A stretch of 33,204 bases of DNA from Asterionella formosa (taxonomy: Eukaryota): positions 1 through 33,204 of the forward strand of contig NKIB01000377.1 of the NCBI GenBank assembly GCA_002256025.1, given 5' to 3'. A program made the position numbers and the translations under genes. The notes beneath the pieces are model-generated. The model had not been told where the DNA came from. It ran no database searches and saw nothing but the letters and a program-made list of their open reading frames with translations. This document shows positions 21,076 to 31,449 of this stretch, in pieces (the stretch's first letter is position 1; every line of letters begins with the position of its first letter).

Positions 21076-23484
21076 ATGCTGCTGAACAAGGAAGCGCAAG
21101 ATCTCATATGCGGACCAAGCGAGCAATCATTCAACCAGCTTACTTTGAACATTGCAAAAATGCCGGAAATCACGGAGTTTTCCTCCTTGTTATCAACCAA
21201 ACATGGGCGGGAACGGCGGCTCGAACGCAACATTGAAAAGATTGACCTCCAAAACGCTAAAAAATACGGCATGGCGGAGAGGGCCATCAAAAGACGCATG
21301 AAGTATACATATGGTGGCATCGTTTTCATCTACGACCCCATTCGGAAAAGGGAAATCACTTCGTTTCCTTCACGCGATGCTGCGTCTGACAAAACAGGAA
21401 CGCGATGCCAAAAACCGCTCATTTTAAAGAAGAACAAAGCTTACGAAAAGCCAATGTATATCGATCACCACGATTTGGTCAAGGCAATAATTAAAAATGA
21501 AAAGACAAAATGGAAAAGCCATGCAGTTTTTATCATTGACATGAGTGGAAGCATGAGACAAGATGACGTAAGTGGGGCCAAATGTCGCTCAGATGGTGTT
21601 TGGCTGGTGCTTGCTAGAGACTTTGTCAAAAAGCAGCTCGACAATAACACAGCGTCTGATTACGACGTTGTTACCATGATTGTAATGAGAGATATTGCTG
21701 AGCTAGTGTTCGAATTTGAACCTTTAGATTGGATACTGTACAACAAACTCATTGACATGCGAGAATGGATGGTATGTCGGCCCAATGGACCTGGCAACTA
21801 TCTTCCTGCGTTGGACATGGCTGCAACTTTGTTGGCCGAAAACAACCTTGGGACTTGTGCACTCTCCCTGCTATTCTTCTCGGATGGAAAACCCTCCGAT
21901 CACGGGCTGTTTGCAGAAAAGATGGGGGAAATCGCTTCAAAATATCGACGCCGCCTAACGTTTTGTTGCGTCGCCATTGCAGGGGATACGGATGAGGATG
22001 AATTTCGAATTCTCAAAGCTATGGTGACTGAGGCCGATGCATTTGGTGCAAATAGTTCATTCAAGTTGCCATTGTTAGATACGAAATCCTTGTCCCATAT
22101 CATCAGCAGCATATCATCATCCCTGACAGCAACCAAAACTGAGATGACAGATTTGGCAACCGGGGAAACCAGAGTAGTTCGTCATGATATCAAAAGCGAG
22201 CGTAAGGGAACCAAAGATGATTTGCATCCCACTGATGAATGGAATCTCTACATCAGGAAAGGTCTTCAACGCATATGGAGCTGGTCGTCATCGATGGATG
22301 ACTTTGTCCTTGTACGGGATCCCCGATGTCTTTTCTGTCTAGAGGATTGCGTCGACAGCGTAGGAATAGTTCCTGCTGATGCCTGGTGTCCTTCCTGTAA
22401 AGCTGTTACTTTTTGTGAGGGATGTGGACAAAAGAACCAGTCGCATGTCGATTCCAAATTATGTCTCAGATCGCAGGAGATGTATCGAAGCGGGAAGATT
22501 GTTGACTATGCTAATACTGTTCCGTCGTTTTCCGTTGCGATGAAAGAAACCATTTTTGGTGAGGGCGCAGAACGAATAGTTCGGAAGCTTCGTTACCTTG
22601 ACAAAAATAACAACTTCATAGGTCCAAAAATGGTAGCCAAGGAATCTAGATTTATTGACCCCACCGGGAGCACCTACAATGTGAAAAGAGCCTTTCATGC
22701 CAATTTTATGAGAACTCAAGCTTTGGCGGCTGAGTTTGCGACAAAATTCAACGTAGCCTTGGATTCTCTTCATTTTCGTTCTTCTCCTCAGTTTGTGGAA
22801 TGCATCAAGGATTTACCAAGGATCGAATTTGTGCAACCAATGGTAGTCCAAGTGAAGGGAAGTGACGAAGAAGAATGGAAAAGTATTCTGATTGAGAAAT
22901 TCCTAGAAGGCGACTACGAGAAGTTCAATAATAACATGGGATTTGTTAAAGGTCAAGATCTAAAGAATTCGCTGTACGACAACATGAACCCACCAGCAGA
23001 AGCAGTAGATATCCGGGCACAAATCGTAAACCTTGGAATAATTGAGGAAGGAAGCGAAGAAGATTTCAATGATGATGGTGATGACGATCTAATTGGACAC
23101 AAGATGTTCGAACCCAGCCCTGGAGAATATCTCGATGTCCAAGACTGTATGATCCCACAAACTTTTAGTCATTTTTCCTTTGCGATGAGCAAGCAGTGTT
23201 TGATGGTTGTTGACCTTCAAGGAGTTTTTCAGGTGAATGCCGATGGCACTCGAAAGTATTTACTTACAGATCCTGCCATACACAAAAATGACCGGAAACG
23301 GAGAAATCATAAACTGGACTTTGGTCGAACTGATAGAGGGAAGAAAGGCATGAAGGCCTTTTTTGAAACCCACGAATGTACTGATGCTTGCCGGCTCCTG
23401 GGACTGCCAACAATTGACCCAAAGATTTTTGACCAAGAAATTGAAAAACGGGTTTTAGGTATATTCCCTAGCGATACGAACTAA
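21076..23484 (+). CDS. Multidomain alpha-kinase (eEF2K/MHCK family): DUF4258/RelE-like N-domain + vWA + Cys/His Zn finger + alpha-kinase, 802 aa, single exon
   Basis: vWA MIDAS VFIIDMSGSM...FFSDGKP. Alpha-kinase motifs FGEGAERIV, VAKES, IEKFLEGDYEKFNNNMG, PQTFSHFS, VVDLQGV, LTDPAIH and FGRTDRGKKGMKAFFETHECTDAC. The true start may be the Met at 21160. Confidence 0.9.
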   Translation: MLLNKEAQDLICGPSEQSFNQLTLNIAKMPEITEFSSLLSTKHGRERRLERNIEKIDLQNAKKYGMAERAIKRRMKYTYGGIVFIYDPIRKREITSFPSRDAASDKTGTRCQKPLILKKNKAYEKPMYIDHHDLVKAIIKNEKTKWKSHAVFIIDMSGSMRQDDVSGAKCRSDGVWLVLARDFVKKQLDNNTASDYDVVTMIVMRDIAELVFEFEPLDWILYNKLIDMREWMVCRPNGPGNYLPALDMAATLLAENNLGTCALSLLFFSDGKPSDHGLFAEKMGEIASKYRRRLTFCCVAIAGDTDEDEFRILKAMVTEADAFGANSSFKLPLLDTKSLSHIISSISSSLTATKTEMTDLATGETRVVRHDIKSERKGTKDDLHPTDEWNLYIRKGLQRIWSWSSSMDDFVLVRDPRCLFCLEDCVDSVGIVPADAWCPSCKAVTFCEGCGQKNQSHVDSKLCLRSQEMYRSGKIVDYANTVPSFSVAMKETIFGEGAERIVRKLRYLDKNNNFIGPKMVAKESRFIDPTGSTYNVKRAFHANFMRTQALAAEFATKFNVALDSLHFRSSPQFVECIKDLPRIEFVQPMVVQVKGSDEEEWKSILIEKFLEGDYEKFNNNMGFVKGQDLKNSLYDNMNPPAEAVDIRAQIVNLGIIEEGSEEDFNDDGDDDLIGHKMFEPSPGEYLDVQDCMIPQTFSHFSFAMSKQCLMVVDLQGVFQVNADGTRKYLLTDPAIHKNDRKRRNHKLDFGRTDRGKKGMKAFFETHECTDACRLLGLPTIDPKIFDQEIEKRVLGIFPSDTN

Positions 23485-24260
23485 GGTATTCTCATTCAAT
23501 GTCTCGCCATGTGCATTGGACGATAACACAGTATATTTTGTACATAATTTGCCTAATGTACAACCGTTCCGATAAGCATATTCAATCCTACTATTGTTCT
23601 CTGCCATGAACAGCGCATCTAGGTACTGTTTCCATGGCTCCAAATGTATCAAGGGACACATAAACTACATTATATCCATCTCAACAGACTATGAATATAT
23701 GCCTTCTCCAATGGGACAGGATCCACCAATTGCTCGTCTCCAGCCAAGTAGGTTGAATACCGGTAGCCTCAATTCCTGACTGCTAAAAAAAGCCATCTAT
23801 TTTAACTCGCATTTACCTAATAATACAGCCAAGGTGAGATTAGAGGAACTCAATAATAATTGAGAATTATTAGGAACGTTTTCAACATTTTCATGTTGCG
23901 TTCCTTTCTTGATGTCACAGTTAGTCTTCGTTCTTTACCAATATAATTGGTTAAGTGACCATAATAGATATTATACTAATAACATCTGGACGACAACCCA
24001 AACTTTGTTCAAGGGTTCCTTTTTAAAGGCAATTAAGAACATTGTAACCACTAGCGTTGATGACAAGTTGGGGAATATAAACACATCTACATTGTCATCG
24101 GCCGTCGCAAGAACACCCACAAGCATACCAATACTCCGATACCCGGTATAATTAATGCTTAGGATTACAATGTCATATAATTTTGCGAACGATCACAAAC
24201 GGAGAAACACAAATCCTGATTTTTTGGAAGTTTGAGGCATGTCCCAGCTGGATTTTGTGG

Positions 24261-27173
24261 CTATAGTTCACCTGCACGTCGCTCGGCATTGTTCCGGAAC
24301 GATCCAAATGACACGCCAGCTGTACGGCCATTACTGTCTCTCACTTCCATTAACGAATCCCACACTTTGCTCGCTTTAGCTGTTCCATCAATCACACCCA
24401 AGTACCCGGTGACAATCTTCTGAGCATCAACGGGTCCTTCGTCGACCAATTCAACTCGTATTCTACCAATGCCGGAATCACTCCAATTGGACATGCTATG
24501 GATGCCTGATTGGGCTTGAGCAGCAAAGACGGTATTTCTGCAACCCATGTCAGCAAGTACAAGGTTGTCGTCACCATTTTGATCACGTAGATGGATATTG
24601 TGACGGGTGCACACATGGCCGCAATCCAAGTATGAATCCCCCTTGGACAGAAAACGAGCGAAAACGCAATGCTCAGTATGAAAGATTGGCATCTTTGTGT
24701 GAGCGACTACTTCAAGCTTCCTAGCAAAATCTCCCATACATTCTCCCATTGTTGCTATAGAATTGGCGTTGAGATCGTAGGATGCTGTCACTCGCTCGAG
24801 TCCTGAATGCAATAATTCCAGCGCAGTCAAGGCGTTTGCAGCATTTAAGGAAAAGTCACCTAGTAGGTATGGAATCGTCACGTAGTGCCCATCTTCATTG
24901 TTACCAGCGACATTAACAGTAGCTCCTGCTCCACCTAACGTTACCATTCGATGCAGGAGACCAGTTGATCGTACCAATAGACCGTCCGGTTCCAATCGCA
25001 ACAGGGTCCGCCATATTCCGGATTCTCCTGGCTTAATAATGCGAGGCGACGCAATCACGACCTTCACCCCGGCCATTCGAATTCTTCCAACAGCTTCTCG
25101 CATCCCATCGACTTCAAGAAAATCGACCATAATTTCATCAATAGCATGACCAGCTTCCGCCAATTCACAAATTGCATTCACTTGCTCCAAATTTCGAGCA
25201 AGGACAGACAATACTTGAGACTCCAATGGATCAACCCTGCTCTTGGGAATAACGCCGCAATCTTTCAGAAGCTTAGTAGGGACTCCAGTCAGCAACTCAT
25301 GAGAAATAGCTGGTTCATTCGAAACACCATTCATGCATGCCCATTCCTCCACGGCACGACGCCGTGCTTCTTTGACATGAGAAATGGGACACCAAACTGA
25401 CTCGACCAGATTATCCACATTGATTTCACCGTCAATGGCCCATTTTGTATTACCAAGTGTTCCTACGGCTTTTTTAATCTTCTCGATACTGAGCCCGGTC
25501 GCCTCTGATGCCGACAAAATCTCATCTGTCTTGCCAATCGCAATCTTTATCCCATCTGTAATGGAAACCTTCAAAGGCGTTCCAATCGATCCAGAAACGC
25601 TGACTCTAACTAAGAGTTTAGGAGGAGCCGATTCACTCAATCGCCGAAACTTCTTTTCGATTGCCGCATCCCGTGTTTTCCAGACATGAGCCCCTTCGGG
25701 GGCAAGTGGCATTCGACTTCCCAACCCTTTTCTCGATTGCTCATCGGTGCTCTTCCATTTCTTCATGGTTTCACGGCCAAACTGAATGCGCACTGTCCCA
25801 TCGTTGCGTTCTTCCAACTCAAAAATTGGGCCACCCAACTCCTCTTCTTGTGCCATACCTCGATCAACCACCAATCCATCCCCTAATTTCAAGTCATTCA
25901 ATTTGTCACAAGAAATAAGCAGACCCTGTTTGTGTGACGACCCGGCTTGTACAAATCCAACGTGAACGCCCCTGTGGCGTGGGGACCGTCCCCGAACCAC
26001 CCGTTGATGATGCGTGCCATCCAGGAATCCAGGCGTCAATCCACTATGAATTTCATCTTGTCCTCTAGAAAATAATTGAGACAATTCTACTTTGGAAATG
26101 TCCTCTTTCGATGGCAAGATTTTGGTTGGTTCTTGACCCGTCAATTCCTTCCAGGCGTGATCGACAGCGTTACGATAGGCCCTCGTTGTAGCTGCCACAT
26201 AGTGTTCATCCTTGAGCCGACCTTCAATTTTGAGACATGATATTCCTGCCTGAATGAGTTGTGGTACTTGATCCAACCCACACAAGTCTTGAGGAGACAA
26301 GAGGTAGGTCATATCCTCCAATTCCTTGAGTTCGCCATTGTCGATCAAGCCGTAGGGCATTCGACATGCTTGGGCGCATTGGCCTCGATTGGCACTGCGA
26401 CCGCCCCATGCTTCGGAACTAAAGCATTGACCAGAATAACTTACGCACAAGGCTCCATGAACAAAGACTTCCGTTTCTACTTGTGTGAGGGAACTCACCA
26501 TGGTGAGTTCATCGACTGACAATTCTCTCCCCAGAACGACTCTGGTAGCCCCATGTTGTCGTTCACAAAAGTCAACCCCATCACTACTAGTAATGCTCTG
26601 TTGAGTCGACGAGTGTATGGGAAGGCTGGGTGCGATTTTCTGAATTAATTTGCAGACCCCCAAGTCTTGCACAATAAGAGCATCAACCCCCGCTTGTTCA
26701 GCTAATTGAACCAACGTCGATAGTTCTTCAAGTTCATGATCAAAAACCAAGGTGTTCAGGGCAACATAGACCCGCACTCCATAGTCATGACAATATTGCA
26801 CCGCTTTTGGCAAATCTGTAGTAACATCAAAGTTGGTGGCTCGTGCTCTTGCCGAAAAGGCAGAAAGTCCAAGGTAAATGGCATCTGCTCCATTACTGAC
26901 TGCTGCTTTTAATTGTGGCCACCCTCCTGCTGGAGACATGATTTCTGGTTTCATGAGTTTTCGATTGTGAACGGTGGGTGGCTCTGGAACTAAATCATCT
27001 CTCCATAAGGCTGGTGATTTGCGTCGATTCACATATTCTGCTACTGGTAATTGTTTCTTTTGTGTTGTTGTGGTTACTTTGGTGGAAAGTGCATCAGTTG
27101 TTCGTAGTCGAGTCAATGATATAAGGCATGATAACAGGAGAAGCAAGAGTTTGGATGCAAATGCAGTCTTCAT
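24261..27173 (-). CDS. Peptidase U32 family Fe-S enzyme (long RlhA-like form), predicted plastid-targeted, ~970 aa, single exon
   Basis: Motifs PEIMSPAG, GADAIYLG, FSARARATNF, IHSSTQ, EVFVHGALCVSYSGQCFSS...RSANRGQCAQACR (CX6CX15CX3C) and LKIEGRLK. The ATG at 27173 gives the signal peptide MKTAFASKLLLLLLSCLISL...TDA-LS followed by a Thr/Lys-rich transit-like region. Confidence 0.9.
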   Translation of the reverse strand: MKTAFASKLLLLLLSCLISLTRLRTTDALSTKVTTTTQKKQLPVAEYVNRRKSPALWRDDLVPEPPTVHNRKLMKPEIMSPAGGWPQLKAAVSNGADAIYLGLSAFSARARATNFDVTTDLPKAVQYCHDYGVRVYVALNTLVFDHELEELSTLVQLAEQAGVDALIVQDLGVCKLIQKIAPSLPIHSSTQQSITSSDGVDFCERQHGATRVVLGRELSVDELTMVSSLTQVETEVFVHGALCVSYSGQCFSSEAWGGRSANRGQCAQACRMPYGLIDNGELKELEDMTYLLSPQDLCGLDQVPQLIQAGISCLKIEGRLKDEHYVAATTRAYRNAVDHAWKELTGQEPTKILPSKEDISKVELSQLFSRGQDEIHSGLTPGFLDGTHHQRVVRGRSPRHRGVHVGFVQAGSSHKQGLLISCDKLNDLKLGDGLVVDRGMAQEEELGGPIFELEERNDGTVRIQFGRETMKKWKSTDEQSRKGLGSRMPLAPEGAHVWKTRDAAIEKKFRRLSESAPPKLLVRVSVSGSIGTPLKVSITDGIKIAIGKTDEILSASEATGLSIEKIKKAVGTLGNTKWAIDGEINVDNLVESVWCPISHVKEARRRAVEEWACMNGVSNEPAISHELLTGVPTKLLKDCGVIPKSRVDPLESQVLSVLARNLEQVNAICELAEAGHAIDEIMVDFLEVDGMREAVGRIRMAGVKVVIASPRIIKPGESGIWRTLLRLEPDGLLVRSTGLLHRMVTLGGAGATVNVAGNNEDGHYVTIPYLLGDFSLNAANALTALELLHSGLERVTASYDLNANSIATMGECMGDFARKLEVVAHTKMPIFHTEHCVFARFLSKGDSYLDCGHVCTRHNIHLRDQNGDDNLVLADMGCRNTVFAAQAQSGIHSMSNWSDSGIGRIRVELVDEGPVDAQKIVTGYLGVIDGTAKASKVWDSLMEVRDSNGRTAGVSFGSFRNNAERRAGEL

Positions 27174-27942
27174 GGCTGGTCGTGCAATAGCAGAATGGGA
27201 TGATCTGCTACAGACAATGTTCATTAACAACAAACGAGGGAAGCATCAATGAAGGAGGAGAATAAAATGAAAACATAGAATGTACATATTCCATGGAATT
27301 GATGTGACACAATATCGTTCGCCGGTGGTCTAAATGATAGGTTTGTGCATCATATGTTATATATGGCTTTTTATGAGAAAATCATTATACATTTACCATG
27401 AATACATAGATGCCAACAGCATTCCGTATCTATGTACTAGTATACCAAAGAATATTCCGGTATAATACGGGATATACCGCCTTGATTTCGTGCGACGGTT
27501 AGTTCTTGATTTCAGCCAATCTGCCTTTGTTGCTGGGTGTTGGTGGCTACTACAGGTTGTTAGCTTTTGCATGAGCACCTACACCAATTGCAATATTCCA
27601 GATTCCTTGAAATAATGATTCCGGCATGGATTGTTTGTTCCCTTCTGGCTTCGGTCGCCTTCCTTTCGCTTCTTTACAGCATAAAGGTATATATATATAA
27701 GAAAAGAATATTGAAATGTTTCTGAATTGCTCCTCCAATTATTTTTCATATTCATACACATAACACGTATCAAATTAAATAAAGTTTTAATATAATGACA
27801 GCTTTTGCACGAACTAAAATACTGGTAATAAAACAACAAAAAGATTTACGTTTCATAAATAATTTTACTAGCTAATTTTTAATCTATTGATTGTATCAGT
27901 CACCAACACCACAGTCGTCGTCATCGTTAACTCACAATAACC

Positions 27943-28910
27943 ATGTTCCTCGCTGCCCAACCCTTTAAGATTGGCAATGATATCCTTGACATTGGGTCTC
28001 GCAAGATGCGAGCGAACCAAAGATCTTCCATCAACATGGAACCTGGCGCAATGATGCTCGGAGTTCCTGGCCAATTTGACCTTCCAGCGGTTGCCAACGT
28101 GAGTACAAGTCTTGCTTCCTTCCCTCATCCTGGCTGAACGAATGAACAAACAAACGAACGAATGAACTTACATAATTACTTCGACTACTTCTACTGCAGC
28201 CCGCCGAGTACTGTCGCTCCAACTTCGCGTCTGCCTCAGGAAACAAGGACGCTGGCCAAACTGTCAAATTTGCCAAAGGCACAACGACTCTGGCCTTTAA
28301 GTTCAACGACGGCATTATTGTGTCTGTCGACTCCCGATCGACCATGGGTGCCTACATTGCGTCGGGGACGGTCAAGAAGGTCATTGAGATCAACCCATTC
28401 TTGCTGGGAACCATGGCCGGAGGAGCCGCGGATTGTTCCTTCTGGGAACGAAATCTCGGCATGCAATGCCGATTGTACGAGCTTCGCAACGGCAAGCGGA
28501 TTTCGGTCGCGTCGGCTAGCAAGTTATTGGCGAATACTGTTTCGGGTTACCGAGGTTACGGACTCTCCATGGGCACTATGATTACTGGATGGGACGAGAC
28601 GGGGCCTCAGCTCTACTATGTTGACGACGATGGCACTCGCCTCAAGGGGCGCTACTTTTCGGTCGGAAGTGGAAGCACCTATGCCTACGGCATTTTAGAT
28701 ACCCACTATCGACCTGATCTGACGGTCGAGGAAGCTATTGATTTGGGAAAACGCGCTATTTACCATGCAACGCATCGGGATGCCTATTCGGGAGGAATCA
28801 ATAATCTGTACCACGTGACGAAGGAAGGGTGGGTTAAGATACATGCCATTGATGTCAATGATATGCATTATGAGTTTGAAGAAGAGAAGAGAAATGCCAT
28901 GAGTTCGTGA
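27943..28910 (+). CDS. PSMB5: 20S proteasome subunit beta type-5, 288 aa; exons 27943-28098 and 28200-28910
   Basis: A propeptide is followed by KG|TTTLAF (catalytic Thr at 28281), [35 protein letters not shown] and HRDAYSGG. Intron 28099-28199 (GTGAGT...TGCAG, 101 nt) splices in frame. Confidence 0.97.
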
Positions 28911-29300
28911 GACTGTAGTATAAGCATCATTTCGACGCTGGGAGTGATTCGTTGAAAGTCAAAGTCTACCAGGCAGGAAAAGGTACTTGCAGTTTGTCTC
29001 GCACACTATATAAATGTATTGAAAACAAATTATTTTCCTCTATCTAGACTTCAACAATAATTACGAAATGTTGTATTCATAATATACGTATAATTGTAAA
29101 AATAGTGCGTCCTGGCTTGAGTGATTCTTTCCATTCCACCCCTGCCTGACTTGACATTGCCTATCATCATTGTCATACTTTCACATTTCATACTTTTCAA
29201 CTATCAATGACTGTGAGCACATCAAAGCTAACAATACAATCATCATCAGTCAGGAGAGTCATTAGCAGATCAAGAAATAGAGGATAATAACAAATTTGCC

Positions 29301-30215
29301 TTGCTTTCCCACAAAAACATGACTGGCCAGTCGCAGAAATATAATCATGATGAGATTAAATCTGCTATGAAGGAAATCCTGTTTCACAAACATACCACAT
29401 ATCACATACTTGCATCGTCAGCACTCAACCTTCCGAAATCAACAGTTTGCAACATCAACAGAGACCCCCAACAGGCAGGGCAAATCATTAAAGCACATAC
29501 AAATGCTGCCTGTCCAAAGTTAACAGAAGAATGTAAGACTAGTCTGGTGGTTCTTTATTGAATCAACCATCTACAGTTGAATCACCCTGAACAACTTCAC
29601 CCATCACCCGAAGTGACTTTCGAACCAGGTTAGATTGGGTTCAACGACAGGTTTTATGATCAGCTTCATGTTGATGAAATGGTTTTATGTTCAGTAGGTT
29701 AATCAGTGATTCTACTTGACTGAAGCAAGGAGAGAGGGGCCCTGTTCTCAGGACCAAACACAAGGATAATATTGAGAAGTTTAAGTTTCTTTCAACTATT
29801 GCTCATTCAACAAGGTATGACGAAAATCGAGTGAGAACGTTTGATGGAAAGATGGTTATATGGCCCGTGATTCAGTAGACTCTGGCGCTTAGGAATTCAA
29901 TACACAGGCCAGCTGAGACAATAATAACAACTAATCTTGCAGTAACGAAACAGAGCTATGCAGATATTTTGATTAACAATGTGATACCAGCGATTAGAAG
30001 GAAATGGCCAGCAGTCAATGGCGGTGATGGCAGCAAGACAGTATGCCTACAACAATGGAAGCACTCATTTCGGAAGTAACTATGTTCCCTTTTTAGATGC
30101 ATCTGTTGTGGATGGATGGGTTATCAAGTTGATAGGGCATCCAGCAAGCAAACTCACCTGACATGAACATAATAATTGTAGCTTCTTTTGGGAGCTTCAA
30201 AGTGGACAGTGGGAT
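29301..30215 (+). mobile_element. Decayed Tc1/mariner transposase of the plant-mariner (DD39D-like) type
   Basis: Ordered motif remnants: HTNAACPKLTEE, FYDQLHVDE(K)WFY, TKHKDNIEK.KFL...RYD...FDGKMVIWP, RNSIHRPAETI, LINNVIPAIRRKWP, LQQ(D)NG..H and HPA(NS)PDMNI. Multiple stops and frameshifts. Confidence 0.8.
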
Positions 30216-30429
30216 TCAGTGTAGGAGGATTATCATGATTTGTCCAACTTATTGTACCAATAATTCTATAGTGCAGAGTTCATATCCATATAGCTACGAC
30301 TTTGTATTTCAGCATAGGTTATTTGTAATAAAATGGCATAAACTTGTAACAATTTAAAATTTACAATCTATAGTAACTATATATACACATAAAATTATAA
30401 AGGTTTGCAACTATATTAATTATATTTCA

Positions 30430-30880
30430 ACTAGATGCGCTATCAACAAGTTCAGCTTTAACCTTTAGATCCTCATCGAAGGCAAAAGTAGCCACTCTGT
30501 ATCATCAATTGTTCACGCTCCGTTTTCCGGAATCACTACTGTTTTGGAGTAACTCCAAGACAGTAGCATTCCTACCAACATGGTTGAGAGTCTGTTCTGA
30601 ATTTCCTGAAATGAACCCTGCCTGGAGAGGTACCCCACAACACACCATGTTCCTGGATCTTTCGCACTCGCCATCTTGAATTGAATAGCATATTTATCTT
30701 TACCACCAGTGTAAGACATGTGCTGACACAAACAGGACCTTCCTACTGCCGAAAGTTACTGCACCACTTCATCCACATGGGTAATGGAACTTGTAGGCCT
30801 GCCACTGTTGCTGGCACCTTGGACAAGAATCTCTACATCCAGTTCCCTCCCAACAAGCACATCACCAACAACTTTCATGG
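30430..30880 (-). mobile_element. Probable decayed transposon fragment (family uncertain)
   Basis: Protein-like, stop-interrupted frames (GGKDKYAIQF..., YRVATFAFDEDLKVKAELVD) in a CpG-poor tract next to the mariner relic. Confidence 0.25.
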
Positions 30881-31204
30881 TACCAGGTACCTGGCACCAG
30901 ATTGTTGTGTCAAGTCGTCATTGCTTTTATAAGATTACAGTAGTAAGTCAACTGTCATTTATATATGTATTTATACTCTTATGCTGTTTTATATTTATTT
31001 GTTTAACTTGTTTTGAATAAATTTGTAAATCATTAAAAAGAGTAGTATTTGACCCTCACGTAAAAAGATTTTATGTTGGCTACGTAATCCTACATATGCG
31101 AACATTCAAGATACTATTAGTGGTACATACCAGAGTAAAAAACCAGTCCATTCTGTCCGTCTCCTCGTGCCTCTTCGTTTGACTTCGCTCAGCATGATAT
31201 CGAC

Positions 31205-31310
31205 TACCTGGTACCTGGTACCCTGGTACCGGTAGTACCTGATCGTAACAGCCACTCCAGGGTAACGGTACCTGGTACCTGGTACCTGGTACCAGGGTAA
31301 ACCTGGTACC
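31205..31310. repeat. GGTACCT/GGTACCA heptamer cluster
   Basis: (CCTGGTA)n runs such as GGTACCTGGTACCTGGTACCTGGTACCAGG. Similar clusters occur at ~685-1045, 6626-6640, 18351-18375, 30879-30900 and 32537-32616. Confidence 0.85.
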
Positions 31311-31449
31311 GCCTCCTAAGATAGGAATAAACATGCTCAGCCGAGGAGTTATTAAGAAAATTCAAAAAAAGTCATCAGCTCTGCGAAACCAAACAATCCA
31401 CTGCAGTCTACATGATGTATACATGTGCCGCTGTACGACACATTCGATC

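Noticed and set aside
27174..27233. N-terminal extension of the U32 ORF from TTG at 27233
   Set aside because: The start is non-ATG, and the ATG at 27173 yields a clean signal peptide. An in-frame ATG at 27224 cannot be fully excluded.
24392..27252. Numerous short antisense or alternate-frame ORFs inside long genes
   Set aside because: They are shadows of the real CDSs, with no independent motifs.
31080..31334. ORFs rich in PGTRYQV/PGTWY (also 18196-18495 and 32528-32803)
   Set aside because: These are translation artefacts of the stop-poor GGTACC heptamer repeats.
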